A stretch of DNA of 64,000 nucleotides from Terriglobia bacterium. GTDB taxonomy: Bacteria > Acidobacteriota > Terriglobia > UBA7540 > JAPUME01. The notes below the pieces were generated by a model that was not told where the DNA came from, did not search any database, and saw only the letters and a program-made list of their open reading frames with translations. Location: positions 1,841,940-1,905,939 of the forward strand of contig OZ244973.1 of the NCBI GenBank assembly GCA_965222885.1. Direction: 5' to 3'. A program made the translations under genes and the position numbers. This document shows positions 19,663 to 31,658 of the stretch, one piece after another (positions within the stretch are counted from its first letter, which is position 1; the number at the start of each line of letters is the position of its first letter).

Positions 19663-19778
19663 ACGGTGCCAGCGGGTCATTACGCCGGGGGTAGGTCCGA
19701 AAGAGCACACCCCGGCCCGCCTTCTGTATTGGATTGCAAGAACTTACATAGAATCTCTGGCGCCTTCTTCCTTCCCGG

Positions 19779-19807
19779 TTGACACCTTTTGGCACTTCGG
19801 CTAGTCT
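19779..19807 (+). promoter_or_regulatory. Putative sigma70 promoter of rnc-lepB
   Basis: TTGACA-17 bp-TAGTCT. Confidence 0.6.
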
Positions 19808-19973
19808 GAGAATCGGGCCCTGATTTTCGGTCAACGAATGCCGAGAGGCTCCCCGACTTGGGGTCGGAGCCGACGCATTTCCGGTCGGGTCCCCAAGATT
19901 GGGATTGCAGGAAATTCCATGCGCCGGGTTTTTGCACCGCCCGAAAAGCAAAGGTATTCAGGACTGAGGGTAG

Positions 19974-20675
19974 ATGCCGCAAGGCTCCCTTGAGAAATTA
20001 GAAAAGACGCTCGCATATCAGTTCAGCCAAAAGCAGTGGCTGTCGTGGGCGATGACGCACAGTTCGGCCCGGGCCCGAAACGGCGAGACGGTCCAGGATA
20101 ATGAGCAGCTTGAATTCCTGGGGGATGCCGTGCTGGGATTCATCGTCAGTGACCGACTCGCCCGCGAATGCCCCCACTTGGACGAAGGAGAGCTTTCCCG
20201 AGCGCGAGCTCGGTTGGTTTCGGCTCCCCACTTGGACCAGGTGGCCCGAAAGTTACATGTAGGAAAGTATCTTATTTTGGGCCACGAGGAGGAAAACAGC
20301 GGAGGCCGCAGCAAATGTGCCCTGCTTGTCAACGCCCTGGAGGCCTTGATTGCTGCTCTCTATCGCGACGGAGGGCTCCAGGCCGCCGAGCAGTTTATAG
20401 AAACCTTTGTGCTGCCTCCGAACTTGAAGGTCGCGGCGCCGCAGTTGGTGTGCAGCGATTACAAATCAGCCCTGCAAGAGCGGCTTCAGGCCGACGGGAA
20501 CCGGATTCCGGTTTATCGGGTGATTCAGGAAAAGGGTCCCGAACACCAAAAGACGTTTACGGTAGAAGTCCGTGGGGGGGCTGGTCTTTCGGCCCGGGGT
20601 CGAGGACCCAGCAAGAAGGCGGCTGAACAGGAGGCTGCCCATGCACTCTATCTGAAATTCACCAAGGAGCAGTAA
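19974..20675 (+). CDS. rnc: Ribonuclease III
   Basis: NEQLEFLGDAVL signature; dsRBD DYKSALQE...GPEHQKTF...SKKAAEQ. Confidence 0.95.
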   Translation: MPQGSLEKLEKTLAYQFSQKQWLSWAMTHSSARARNGETVQDNEQLEFLGDAVLGFIVSDRLARECPHLDEGELSRARARLVSAPHLDQVARKLHVGKYLILGHEEENSGGRSKCALLVNALEALIAALYRDGGLQAAEQFIETFVLPPNLKVAAPQLVCSDYKSALQERLQADGNRIPVYRVIQEKGPEHQKTFTVEVRGGAGLSARGRGPSKKAAEQEAAHALYLKFTKEQ

Positions 20676-20678
20676 CGG

Positions 20679-21425
20679 ATGCGTGAGCCGTTTAGGAAAT
20701 CCTGGGCTCGGGACACTTTTGAATCGTTGGTCGTGACGGTGGTTCTGGCTCTGTTCGGGACCAGTTTTGTGGTGCAAGCCTTCCAGATTCCCACCGGATC
20801 GATGGAGAACACCCTTTTAATCGGGGATCACCTGCTGGTGAGTAAATTTGCCTTCGGTGGCCAGCGAGGATTATCCCTCCCTGGCTTGGCCTATCGGGAA
20901 GTTCAGCGGGGTGACATCGTGGTTTTCCGGTATCCCAATGATCCCACCGAGTACTATGTGAAGCGGGCTATCGGCATTCCGGGGGACCGCATTCTCATTG
21001 AAAACCGGACGGTCTATATCAACGGGGTCCAGCAGGCGGAGCCTTACGTTCGGCATACGTATCCGGGAAGCGTCCGAGCGGGCGACAACTTCCCTCCCGA
21101 TTTTCCCGAACTTGAGCGGGGCATGATTCCTGAGTGGAGCGTGGAACTGCCCCATCACGTCCGGGACGGGGAACTGATGGTTCCTCCCGGCCATTTCTTT
21201 GTCATGGGCGATAATCGGGAACAGAGTCTCGACAGCCGGTTCTGGGGATTTGTTCCCCAAAAATACATGGCCGGACGGCCTTTTATCATCTACGCCTCCT
21301 TTGACCGCACGCGCGACGACTACCGCGATGATTCCCAGGGAGGTCGCTTGCGGCGCATCCTGGATCTCTTCACCGACCTTCCCCGTAAATTGCGATGGCG
21401 ACGGACGTTCCAGGTCGTTCGCTGA
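20679..21425 (+). CDS. lepB: Signal peptidase I
   Basis: IPTGSME, YVKR, MGDNR..S.DSRFWG. Confidence 0.95.
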   Translation: MREPFRKSWARDTFESLVVTVVLALFGTSFVVQAFQIPTGSMENTLLIGDHLLVSKFAFGGQRGLSLPGLAYREVQRGDIVVFRYPNDPTEYYVKRAIGIPGDRILIENRTVYINGVQQAEPYVRHTYPGSVRAGDNFPPDFPELERGMIPEWSVELPHHVRDGELMVPPGHFFVMGDNREQSLDSRFWGFVPQKYMAGRPFIIYASFDRTRDDYRDDSQGGRLRRILDLFTDLPRKLRWRRTFQVVR

Positions 21426-21512
21426 ATCGGGTTTCTGCCCTTGGATGGGTACGAATGTGTGAAAATTTCCCACGGCTCTTGGCGGGATGGTCGGAATATA
21501 GAAAGGATTTTG

Positions 21513-22199
21513 ATGATGAAGGTGTCCGGGGATAGGTTTCTTCCGGCCTTGAGTGGCACTTTGCTGTGGCTTACGGTGCTTGCCGGGTCAGGTGGCCCGC
21601 TGGGAGCAGCGAAGGTCTTCTCCTTTGCCGATCCCACGAGTGCCGAGGCCGCCTCGGCACGGGAGCGGGAGAATTTACATTCCCTGGAATTAAAGCTTGC
21701 GCGTTTAAGAAGCCTTCCTTTTAGGAATCACAATCCGGTCGAAATCACCGACCGGGAGGCCAACGCCTACTTCAAGCATCGGGAAAGGAAGGTGTTTCCC
21801 CAGGGCGTTTCCGGAGTGGAATTGGCCTTCGGGCCGGACCGCATCGAGGGATGGATGCAGGTGGATTTTACCGAGTTGAAACGCAGTCGGGCGCAAGGGG
21901 ACTCCCTGAGCGGATGGCTGGTGGAATCTATGCAGGGTATAAAGAAACTGGCCTATCGACTTCAGGTGACGGGCGAAAAAGGCCAAGCCCAAGTGGAGAT
22001 TGAGTCGGCCACTTTCGATGGGGTGGAGCTCCCGCTGATCCTGGTGGAGTTCATGGTCAACCGCTACGTGGAAAGCAAGTACAATCTGGATCTCGACAAA
22101 CCCTTTCCCCTGCCCAAGGGCATCGAGCGGGTGGTCGTGGAGCCTTCGCGGATGCTGATTTATCCCGGCCAACCGGAAATGGAATCCGGCGAGCAGTAG
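21513..22199 (+). CDS. Hypothetical exported protein
   Basis: AAAGGA RBS, hydrophobic N-terminus; fills the lepB-uvrB gap. Confidence 0.65.
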   Translation: MMKVSGDRFLPALSGTLLWLTVLAGSGGPLGAAKVFSFADPTSAEAASARERENLHSLELKLARLRSLPFRNHNPVEITDREANAYFKHRERKVFPQGVSGVELAFGPDRIEGWMQVDFTELKRSRAQGDSLSGWLVESMQGIKKLAYRLQVTGEKGQAQVEIESATFDGVELPLILVEFMVNRYVESKYNLDLDKPFPLPKGIERVVVEPSRMLIYPGQPEMESGEQ

Positions 22200-22253
22200 T
22201 CAAGTTACACCCCGCCTGGATTTTCTGGGTTTTGAGAGTCCCTTCCTGCCTCC

Positions 22254-24245
22254 ATGAACTTCAAACTTGTATCTGAGTACCAGCCGCGCGGCGATCAGGT
22301 GTCGGCGATCGACCAGTTGATCCGGGGCGTCGAGGACGGCGAAAAGCATCAAGTGCTGCTCGGAGTGACCGGCTCGGGAAAGACCTTCACCATGGCCAAG
22401 GTGGTGGAGGCGATCGGCCGGCCCGCGCTGGTCCTGGCACACAACAAGACCCTGGCCGCTCAGCTCTATCACGAGTTCAAGAACTTCTTCCCGGAAAACG
22501 CGGTCGAATACTTCGTCTCCTATTACGACTACTATCAGCCGGAAGCCTATCTGCCGGCTACCGACACCTACATCGAAAAAGAATCCACCATCAACGATGA
22601 CCTGGATAAATTGCGCCTGTCGGCCACGCGTTCGCTCTTTGAGCAGCGAGACTGTTTGATCGTGGCGAGCGTGAGTTGCATCTACGGACTCGGCTCGCCG
22701 GACGCGTATTACGGAATGTTGCTCATGCTGGAGAAGGGGCAGCGGATTTCCCGCTCGGACATTCTGCGCCGCCTGGTGGAGATTCAGTACGAAAGGAGCG
22801 ACCTGGAATTCAAGCGGGGAACTTTCCGGGTCCGGGGCGACCGGATCGAGGTCTATCCCACCTACGAGGACAGCGCCTATCGGATCGAGTTGTGGGGGGA
22901 CCAGATCGAGTCCCTGATCGAGATGGACCCCCTCTTGGGGCGCGCGAAAGGGAGTCTGACCCGCCTGCCGCTTTATCCTCGCACCCATTACGTGATGAGC
23001 GCCGAAACGCGCGAATCGGCAGTGGAAAACATCCTGGAAGAGCTGAAATGGTGGAGTGAAGAGCTGCGGCGGCAAGGTAGAACTGTGGAAGCCCAGAGGC
23101 TGAATCAACGAACCCGGTTTGACGTGGAGATGATGAAGGAGATCGGCTACTGCCACGGGATCGAAAACTATTCCCGGCACCTTTCGGGGCGGTTGCCGGG
23201 CGAGCCTCCGCCTACGCTGCTCGATTACCTTCCGCGCGATGCGCTGATGTTCCTCGATGAGAGCCACCAGACGGTTCCTCAGGTGCGCGGCATGTACAAA
23301 GGGGATCGCTCCCGGAAAGAAAATCTGGTCCGCTACGGTTTCCGCCTGCCTTCGGCGCTCGACAACCGTCCGCTGAAGTTTGAAGAATTCGAGCATCGAG
23401 TGAACCAGGCGATGTACGTCTCCGCCACGCCGGGACCCTACGAGCTGACAAAAACCGGAGGAGCCTTCGTCGAGCAGGTGATCCGGCCCACCGGGCTGGT
23501 GGACCCGGAAGTCCAGGTGCGCCCGACCCGCCATCAAGTGGACGATCTGTTGCACGAAATTCGCCGGCGCGTCGCGGCCCGCGAGCGTGTCCTGGTTACG
23601 ACACTGACCAAACGGATGGCGGAGGACTTGGCGGAGTTCTATTCCGAACTGGGCGTTCGCTGCCGCTATCTCCACTCGGAGATCGATACACTGGAGAGAA
23701 TCCGGATTTTGCGGGATCTGCGGCAAGGAGAGTTCGACGTGCTGATCGGAATCAATCTATTGCGAGAGGGGCTGGACCTGCCGGAAGTCTCGCTGGTGGC
23801 CATCCTCGATGCTGACAAGGAAGGGTTCTTACGGTCGGACTCTTCGCTGATCCAGACGATCGGGCGTGCGGCGCGGCACCTGAACGGCAAAGCGATTCTC
23901 TTCGCCGATAACCGCACCGATTCGATGCGGCGCGCTCTCGAAGAGACCGACCGGCGCCGCAACAAGCAGATTCAGTTCAACGAGCAGAACCATATCACCC
24001 CGCAGTCCATCGTCAAGCCGATTGATATGTCGCTGGTCTCGGTCGGGGAAGCCGACTACGCCACCGTGCCTCTCCATTCCGATACCGACGAGGTGAAGTC
24101 TCTGGATGAGCTGCGCAAGTTGATTCAGGAGTTGGAAACGCAGATGTACGACGCCGCCAAGCAACTGGAATTCGAAAAAGCCGCCCACCTCCGCGACCGC
24201 ATTAAGGTGCTGAAAGGCACCGAAACCGGCCTGCGCCCGCAATAA
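22254..24245 (+). CDS. uvrB: Excinuclease ABC subunit B
   Basis: [23 protein letters not shown]-terminal UVR motif FEKAAHLRD. Confidence 0.98.
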   Translation: MNFKLVSEYQPRGDQVSAIDQLIRGVEDGEKHQVLLGVTGSGKTFTMAKVVEAIGRPALVLAHNKTLAAQLYHEFKNFFPENAVEYFVSYYDYYQPEAYLPATDTYIEKESTINDDLDKLRLSATRSLFEQRDCLIVASVSCIYGLGSPDAYYGMLLMLEKGQRISRSDILRRLVEIQYERSDLEFKRGTFRVRGDRIEVYPTYEDSAYRIELWGDQIESLIEMDPLLGRAKGSLTRLPLYPRTHYVMSAETRESAVENILEELKWWSEELRRQGRTVEAQRLNQRTRFDVEMMKEIGYCHGIENYSRHLSGRLPGEPPPTLLDYLPRDALMFLDESHQTVPQVRGMYKGDRSRKENLVRYGFRLPSALDNRPLKFEEFEHRVNQAMYVSATPGPYELTKTGGAFVEQVIRPTGLVDPEVQVRPTRHQVDDLLHEIRRRVAARERVLVTTLTKRMAEDLAEFYSELGVRCRYLHSEIDTLERIRILRDLRQGEFDVLIGINLLREGLDLPEVSLVAILDADKEGFLRSDSSLIQTIGRAARHLNGKAILFADNRTDSMRRALEETDRRRNKQIQFNEQNHITPQSIVKPIDMSLVSVGEADYATVPLHSDTDEVKSLDELRKLIQELETQMYDAAKQLEFEKAAHLRDRIKVLKGTETGLRPQ

Positions 24246-24348
24246 TGGCTCAGGGGAGGTGGTGTGGCGCGAAAACGTCAGGGCACGGTTTCAACCATGA
24301 CGATAGGAATCGGAAAGATAGATTTTCCTTGCACCCTGAAAAAGGCCC

Positions 24349-25101
24349 CTACGTCCGCTGGGCGCACCACAGCACGGCGTTGGCGATCACCTTGCGGGGA
24401 ATGGGTTGAAAGAAGATGGGATGGGTTTCGTGGCCGGGGCGGAAGTAAAACACGCGGCCTTTGCCGACGGTCCATACCATGCCGCTGCGGAACTGCTCCT
24501 GGGTGGCCCAATAACTGAAAAAGATGACTTTCTCGGGCGGCGGCACATCGAAAGGCTCGCCGTACATTTCGGTTTCGGGAATCGTGAAGTCCTTGATCCC
24601 CTGAGCGATGGGATGGAACGGCGCGACGACTCGGAGAGTTTCCACTTTCGCTTCATGTCGCCAGGAACCCGGGTCGGCCGTTGCGTCCAGCAGGCTCTTG
24701 AAGATTTTGGACCAATGGGCGGAGTGAATGGCGATGAAGCCGAGTTGGCCTTCTTTGACTCGCCGGACCACCTCCGCGACCCGGTCAAATTGCACGTCGG
24801 CATGCTTCAGATGACCCCACCAGATGAGAACGTCGGTCTGGTCCAGCGCGCGGTCGCTCAGGCCCTGCTCGGGGTCGGTGATCGCAGCCGTCTTCACACT
24901 CATGTCAGGCTGGGTCTGCAGGGATTCGGCCAGGGCGCCGCTGATGCCGTTCGGATAAACCTCTTGCGGCTCGGTAAGCTCGGACCAGCAGAGGACGCGG
25001 ACCCGCTGATGCGATGCGCCGGCCCGGGCAGAGAGTTCGTTGGCGGTTACGGCCGCGGCCATGCCGATGGCCGTTCCTTTAAGAAAATCCCGTCGTTCCA
25101 T
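24349..25101 (-). CDS. ThuA (trehalose utilisation) domain protein with Tat signal
   Basis: MERRDFLKG; VYPNGI, WWGH, EMYGEPF, YFRPGHET; GGAGG RBS. Confidence 0.88.
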   Translation of the reverse strand: MERRDFLKGTAIGMAAAVTANELSARAGASHQRVRVLCWSELTEPQEVYPNGISGALAESLQTQPDMSVKTAAITDPEQGLSDRALDQTDVLIWWGHLKHADVQFDRVAEVVRRVKEGQLGFIAIHSAHWSKIFKSLLDATADPGSWRHEAKVETLRVVAPFHPIAQGIKDFTIPETEMYGEPFDVPPPEKVIFFSYWATQEQFRSGMVWTVGKGRVFYFRPGHETHPIFFQPIPRKVIANAVLWCAQRT

Positions 25102-25293
25102 TCCGCCTCCTGGGTTCTGCGTGGGTGTGAAGTCCCCGCCATTATACAGCTTTCCCAAGGCATTACGACTCGGACCTGTGAGCGAAATCAACCCAACACC
25201 TTGGCGAGGAGGCCGCCGACGAATGACGTTCGAGCCGGCAACCTCATGGAGGATCGAGGAGGGTAGTCGAGAAATCCAGAGGTTCTCACGCAT

Positions 25294-25332
25294 AAAAAAA
25301 GGGTTCCTGAGTTGATCCGCTCAGGAACCCTT
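25294..25332 (-). terminator. Rho-independent terminator of groEL
   Basis: Stem GGGTTCCTGAG/CTCAGGAACCC followed by T7 on the minus strand. Confidence 0.9.
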
Positions 25333-25377
25333 GATGAATTTCAGAAGTAGAAAGCTTGCCCTACACTCGGTCGGCGT

Positions 25378-27012
<1,635 letters not shown>

Positions 27013-27122
27013 CTAAATCCTCCTAAATTTTCAAATCCGTTGCATCGTTCGTCCGCGTCGGGCGAACTCAGCTTCAAAATAAATTCTCACCTTTGGCTTG
27101 TCGGTCCAAGACCTGCGAAGAC

Positions 27123-27437
27123 CTACTTCTTTTCTGCTCCGACTGCTTCCGGTTCGAGGATTACCAAGACCTCATCTTCCCGCAGAATCAGGTATTCTTC
27201 GTCTTCAATCTTGATCTCCGACCCTGAATATTTCCCGAAGAGAATCCGGTCGCCGACCTTTACGTCGAGAGGGAGGAGTCTCCCGTCTTCCGTTTTTTTA
27301 CCGCTTCCCACTGAGATCACTTCTCCCTCATGGGGTTTTTCTTTGGCGGTGTCCGGGATGACGATTCCTCCTTTAACGACTTCCGTCTCTTCGAGTCGCT
27401 TCACTAAAAGACGATCATGAAGGGGACGTACTGACAT
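27123..27437 (-). CDS. groS: Co-chaperonin GroES
   Basis: [25 protein letters not shown]; AAGGAG RBS. Confidence 0.97.
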   Translation of the reverse strand: MSVRPLHDRLLVKRLEETEVVKGGIVIPDTAKEKPHEGEVISVGSGKKTEDGRLLPLDVKVGDRILFGKYSGSEIKIEDEEYLILREDEVLVILEPEAVGAEKK

Positions 27438-27539
27438 ACTCGCTATCTCCTTTCGCTTCTTCTTATTATGCTTTGGATGTACCGCTGATTTGGCAGGCCC
27501 CCGGGCAATCAAGCCTAAACCTGGGCCGTTAAAAAATAT

Positions 27540-27628
27540 TTAGCACTCCCACAGCAAGGCTCTTAAAGTATAACAACACCGGAAGATTGTCAAGGTATGT
27601 TTTGGCATTCAAAGCCTTCGAGTGCTCA
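27540..27628 (-). promoter_or_regulatory. groESL promoter with CIRCE (HrcA) operators
   Basis: TTGGCATTC-N9-GAGTGCTCA at 27602-27628; TTAGCACTC half-site at 27540-27548; minus-strand TTGACA at 27588-27593 with a TATACT/TACTTT -10. Confidence 0.8.
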
Positions 27629-28108
27629 TTTGGGCCTGCTATCACTTCGAACCTGATGATATTGAAAGACTGAATTCCAGCTTGGCGGGGCGGGGTTCAG
27701 TCTCTTACTCCTTCGGGTGGAGGGAGGCACACTTTTTCGATGGGGAGGCCAGGAAGCAAGTTTGCTCCCCGGTGATGCTCGATCTGCCGACTTAGGTCCA
27801 TTCACCGCCGGAGGATGTCAGTCGGCTCTCTTGGGGATTAACCCTGGGGCTCCGCTCTGACAGAATCCGCACATTTGAAGCGCGTGGCACGTATAATGGG
27901 AGCCGGAGGTGTTACCGCAAGGCCGCCCGGTGCTGATGGACGGGAGGTGTTCCAAGAAACGGACTTTCACCCGTCCAATTCTCAATGAGAATTGCCCGGG
28001 ACGGTCGCGCACAGCCGGCCCCTGGTGCTCTGCGACGGTGGGCCGATTCCGATGGCAAGAGTGCTCTTTCCGGGAGCACTTCATTCTTACCTCCGGCCTT
28101 TTCCGCGA

Positions 28109-28882
28109 ATGAATCAACCTTTTATCGAGTTGGTGGACGTCACGAAATCGTTCGACGATGGCTCGGACCAGGGCGGTCAAGTGGTCCTGGATCGGGTGAA
28201 TTTTCAGGTGGATCGAGGCGAGACCGTGGTGGTCCTGGGACGAAGCGGGGCCGGGAAAAGCGTCACTCTAAAACACATTATGGGGTTTTTGCGTCCCGAC
28301 TCGGGTCAGGTTTTCGTGGATGGGGTCGAGGTCTCCCATTTGGGCGAGGCGGAGTTGTTGGAAATTCGCCGCAAGGTCACCATGGTCTTCCAATCCGGAG
28401 CCTTGTTTGATTCGCTGACGGTGGGGGAGAATATCGCCTATCCGCTCCGCGAAAGGGGCAAGCTCGCTGAATCGGAGATCGAGGAGCGAGTCTCAGACTT
28501 GCTGGCTCAGGTGGACCTGCCCGAGATCGCCGAGCAGATGCCGTCCGACCTCAGCACGGGAATGAAGCGCGCCGTCGCCATGGCCCGGGCCCTGGCCGCA
28601 GAGCCGGAGGCCATCCTCTACGATGAGCCCACCACGATGGTCGATCCTCTCATTGCGGAAACTCTTACTGACCTGATCCTGAAGTTGAAACAGCAGACCC
28701 GGATCACCTCGATGGTTGTTACCCATGATACGAAGCTGGCGCGAGAGTTGGCCGACCGAGTGGTCTTCCTGGTGGAGGGTAAGGTGGCTTACTTCGGGCC
28801 GGTGGACGGTTTGGCATCCCATGAGCACGCATTCATCCGGGAGTTCATGGAGTTGGATAAGGTCTCCTTTTATGGATTCTGA
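28109..28882 (+). CDS. ABC transporter ATP-binding protein, MlaF/Mkl-like
   Basis: GRSGAGKS, VFQSGALFDS, LSTGMKR, YDEPT, VTHD. Confidence 0.9.
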   Translation: MNQPFIELVDVTKSFDDGSDQGGQVVLDRVNFQVDRGETVVVLGRSGAGKSVTLKHIMGFLRPDSGQVFVDGVEVSHLGEAELLEIRRKVTMVFQSGALFDSLTVGENIAYPLRERGKLAESEIEERVSDLLAQVDLPEIAEQMPSDLSTGMKRAVAMARALAAEPEAILYDEPTTMVDPLIAETLTDLILKLKQQTRITSMVVTHDTKLARELADRVVFLVEGKVAYFGPVDGLASHEHAFIREFMELDKVSFYGF

Positions 28883-29011
28883 ATCGGCACCTCCGGGGCA
28901 CTGACTTTTCTCTCCGAGGACGTTCCTTCGGTCGCGCGCGGCATCCGCCGGGCAGGTTTATAGCACTCTGACCCGTCCGGGCCATTCCGGTAAGCCACCT
29001 CATCCTAACAG

Positions 29012-29077
29012 GTAGAGCAGAACCCGCATTTTGGTTCTGCGGTTTTGTCGGGCTGGCGCAGACCTTTTGATTTTGCG
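29012..29077 (+). repeat. Tandem REP-like palindromes
   Basis: GTAG-A-GCAGAACC...GGTTCTGCG followed by a degenerate CTGGCGCAGACC... copy; about 50 bp shared with 32892-32943. Confidence 0.65.
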
Positions 29078-29179
29078 GGGCGTCTGGGATGGCCGGATCG
29101 GTAGCGGTGGGCGGAGGTAAATCAACCAACTCCGGGTAATGAGGTCCGGCGCCGCTTGGCGGTGGTCCCTGGGGAACGG

Positions 29180-30157
29180 TCAGGCTTCGAAAAGGGACCG
29201 GACGAACTCGGAAGGATGGAAGGGAATCAAGTCCTCCGGATTTTCTCCCACCCCTACAAAACGGACCGGAAGTCCCAGTTCGCGGGCGATGGCGACGACC
29301 ACGCCTCCCTTTGCGGTGCCGTCCAGCTTGGTCAACACGACGGAGGTGGCTCTCGCTTGGTCCACAAATTGGCGCGCCTGAGCCAGTCCGTTCTGGCCCG
29401 TCGTGGCGTCAAGAACCAGCAGAACCTGGTGCGGAGCGCCGGGGACTTCCCGGCCGGCAATACGGCACATTTTGGCAAGCTCCGCCATCAGATTATGCTT
29501 GGTATGCAGCCGTCCGGCGGTATCCACGAGAACGGGGTCGCGGCCCTGGCGGCGCGCGGAGGCCACCGCGTCGAAGACAACCGCCGAGGGGTCGGCGCCG
29601 GGCTTCTGCTTTACGATTTCGACTCCCAGCCGGTCCGCCCAAATTTCGAGCTGTTTGACGGCAGCCGCCCGGAAGGTATCTGCGGCGGCCAGCAAAGGTT
29701 GGCGCCCCTGAGCCTGGTAGGCGTGGGCCAGTTTGGCGATGGTCGTTGTCTTGCCGACTCCGTTCACTCCCACCAAAAAGATCACCTCCGGCGGAGATAT
29801 TCCTTTTTTGGCCTCTCCTGCAGGAGTTGCCGGCGACCGGCTTTGCAATGGCTCTTCCAGAATCGTCAGAATTTCCCGCTCGATGGCTCGGGTCAGTTCG
29901 GAGGATTCCCGAAGCTGGCGCTTGCGGACCTGATCTCGAATGTGGGTCAGTATCTCGCGGGTGGTCTTTAAACCCAGATCGGCGGCCAGCAGAGCGGCTT
30001 CCAACTCGTCCAGCAACGATTCATCTACGGTGGGGTTGACTTCGGCGATCTCCTCAAGCTTTTCGACCAGTTGGGTTTTGGTGGAGGCGACGGCTTGCCG
30101 CAGACGGTCCATCAGGCCCGGCGGACTCTTCTGGGAGCCAAACAGGGTTTGCATCAT
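29180..30157 (-). CDS. ftsY: Signal recognition particle receptor
   Basis: [31 protein letters not shown]. Confidence 0.97.
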   Translation of the reverse strand: MMQTLFGSQKSPPGLMDRLRQAVASTKTQLVEKLEEIAEVNPTVDESLLDELEAALLAADLGLKTTREILTHIRDQVRKRQLRESSELTRAIEREILTILEEPLQSRSPATPAGEAKKGISPPEVIFLVGVNGVGKTTTIAKLAHAYQAQGRQPLLAAADTFRAAAVKQLEIWADRLGVEIVKQKPGADPSAVVFDAVASARRQGRDPVLVDTAGRLHTKHNLMAELAKMCRIAGREVPGAPHQVLLVLDATTGQNGLAQARQFVDQARATSVVLTKLDGTAKGGVVVAIARELGLPVRFVGVGENPEDLIPFHPSEFVRSLFEA

Positions 30158-30412
30158 GACCCAGCGATTTTATCGGCTATCTCCCCATGCAGCAACCCGG
30201 GGTGACATGGGCTTGGGATTTCGTGTTTTGCCAATTTTCCTTGTTCGTACCGAGTACAGACGGTTTCTACGACTCGCGCGGACGGATCCCGCCGGCCCGG
30301 TACCGAGAGCAAGTTGCCAGAAACTCTACTTCCGATCTGTCTGCTTGACGGGGAAGCTTACGAAGGGTAGTAGCTCTTGAAACTATTAGTGTAACATACT
30401 ATTATTCGAGAT

Positions 30413-30694
30413 GTGATCCAGAGTTACAAAGACTCCGATACCGAAGCGGTTGCCAACCGAGAACGATGCAGGAAGTTCCCCGTTGACATCCAGCGCCGTG
30501 CCCAGGCCAAACTGATGATCTTGAACAACGCCAAGGGCTTGAACGATTTGCGGGTGCCCCCAGGGAACCGTTTGGAGGCGCTTGCCGGAGACCGGAAAGG
30601 CCAGCATAGCATCCGCATCAACGACCGGTGGCGGATCTGCTTTTTCTGGAAGCAAGGAAATGCCCATCAGGTAGAGATCGTGGATTACCATTGA
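30413..30694 (+). CDS. higB: HigB (RelE/ParE-like) toxin
   Basis: DLRVPPGNRLEALAGDRKGQHSIRINDRWRICF...VEIVDYH. Confidence 0.92.
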   Translation: MIQSYKDSDTEAVANRERCRKFPVDIQRRAQAKLMILNNAKGLNDLRVPPGNRLEALAGDRKGQHSIRINDRWRICFFWKQGNAHQVEIVDYH

Positions 30695-30731
30695 GGTCGC
30701 AAGGACCTGAAAGCAAGAAGGAGCCAAAAAC

Positions 30732-31058
30732 ATGAGCGAATCAGTGGCGCGTAGCCCCCAAAAACTATCTCCCATTCACCCCGGCGAGATTCTCAATGAG
30801 GAGTTTCTCAGCCCCATGAAGATCACCCAGTACCGACTGGCCCAGGCGATCGGTGTGGATGCTCGCCGGATCCATGCGATCGTTCACGGCCAGCGGTCCA
30901 TCACGGCGGAGACAGCCCTGCTGTTCTCGCGCTTCTTTGGCAACTCTGCCGAGTTCTGGATGGGACTCCAGAGCCAGTACGACCTGGAACGGGAACAGGA
31001 TCGCCTGGCCGACAGGCTCGATCAGGTGCCGGTGCACAGCGTCCAAGTCACAGCCTGA
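30732..31058 (+). CDS. higA: HigA antitoxin (HTH)
   Basis: IHPGEIL, ITAETAL, FWMGLQSQYDL; toxin-first order. Confidence 0.92.
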   Translation: MSESVARSPQKLSPIHPGEILNEEFLSPMKITQYRLAQAIGVDARRIHAIVHGQRSITAETALLFSRFFGNSAEFWMGLQSQYDLEREQDRLADRLDQVPVHSVQVTA

Positions 31059-31092
31059 CCCGCCCTCAGCAAAGAGTGGGTCTCCCCAATCT

Positions 31093-31647
31093 TTAAGGCT
31101 CATCGGGAAAGCGGGCCACTTTGAGGTATTCGGCGCCCTGCGATGAGAGCTTGCTTTCAAACAAGTAGATGCTTTCGACAGTGAAGGTGCCGATCATGGC
31201 CCCGGCAAGGCGGCCAACCTCCTGCCGGAGTAGGTCTTGGGGCCGAGAGGGGGAAAAACGCGCCAGGGTTAGATGAGGTTGGAAGGGTCGCGGCTCGCGG
31301 GGGAAACCGGCTGATTCCAAGTACCTTTCCACCTCCGCCGCAAGCGCAGCCAGCTCGGGACCCACCTCCACTCCCGCCCAGAAGACTCGCGGTCGCTGCG
31401 CATTCGGAAAGAAACCGAACCCCTCGACTTTGGCGGGAAAAGGGACAAAACGTGGAAGCCGGGCAAGGCTTCGTTGGACCGACTCAACCTTCTCACGGGA
31501 GATCTCCCCCAGGAATTTCAGAGTTAAATGAACCCCTTCCGGGCGAACCCACCGGGCCCGGCGTGCCATTTCCTTCAGCCTTTTTTGCCAGTTCCCGAGC
31601 TCGGATTTAAGCTCCTCGGGCAATTCGATAGCGACGAAGGCGCGCAT
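31093..31647 (-). CDS. thpR: RNA 2',3'-cyclic phosphodiesterase (2H family)
   Basis: Two HxT motifs: HLTLKFLG and PHLTLAR. Confidence 0.92.
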   Translation of the reverse strand: MRAFVAIELPEELKSELGNWQKRLKEMARRARWVRPEGVHLTLKFLGEISREKVESVQRSLARLPRFVPFPAKVEGFGFFPNAQRPRVFWAGVEVGPELAALAAEVERYLESAGFPREPRPFQPHLTLARFSPSRPQDLLRQEVGRLAGAMIGTFTVESIYLFESKLSSQGAEYLKVARFPDEP

Positions 31648-31658
31648 AGGATGGGAAG

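Noticed and set aside
22200-23726. 508-aa antisense ORF over uvrB
   Set aside because: Shadow of a conserved gene
27630-28108. Long spacer with scattered hairpins before the ABC ATPase
   Set aside because: No recognisable RNA family motif or credible ORF; such hairpins are expected at this GC content
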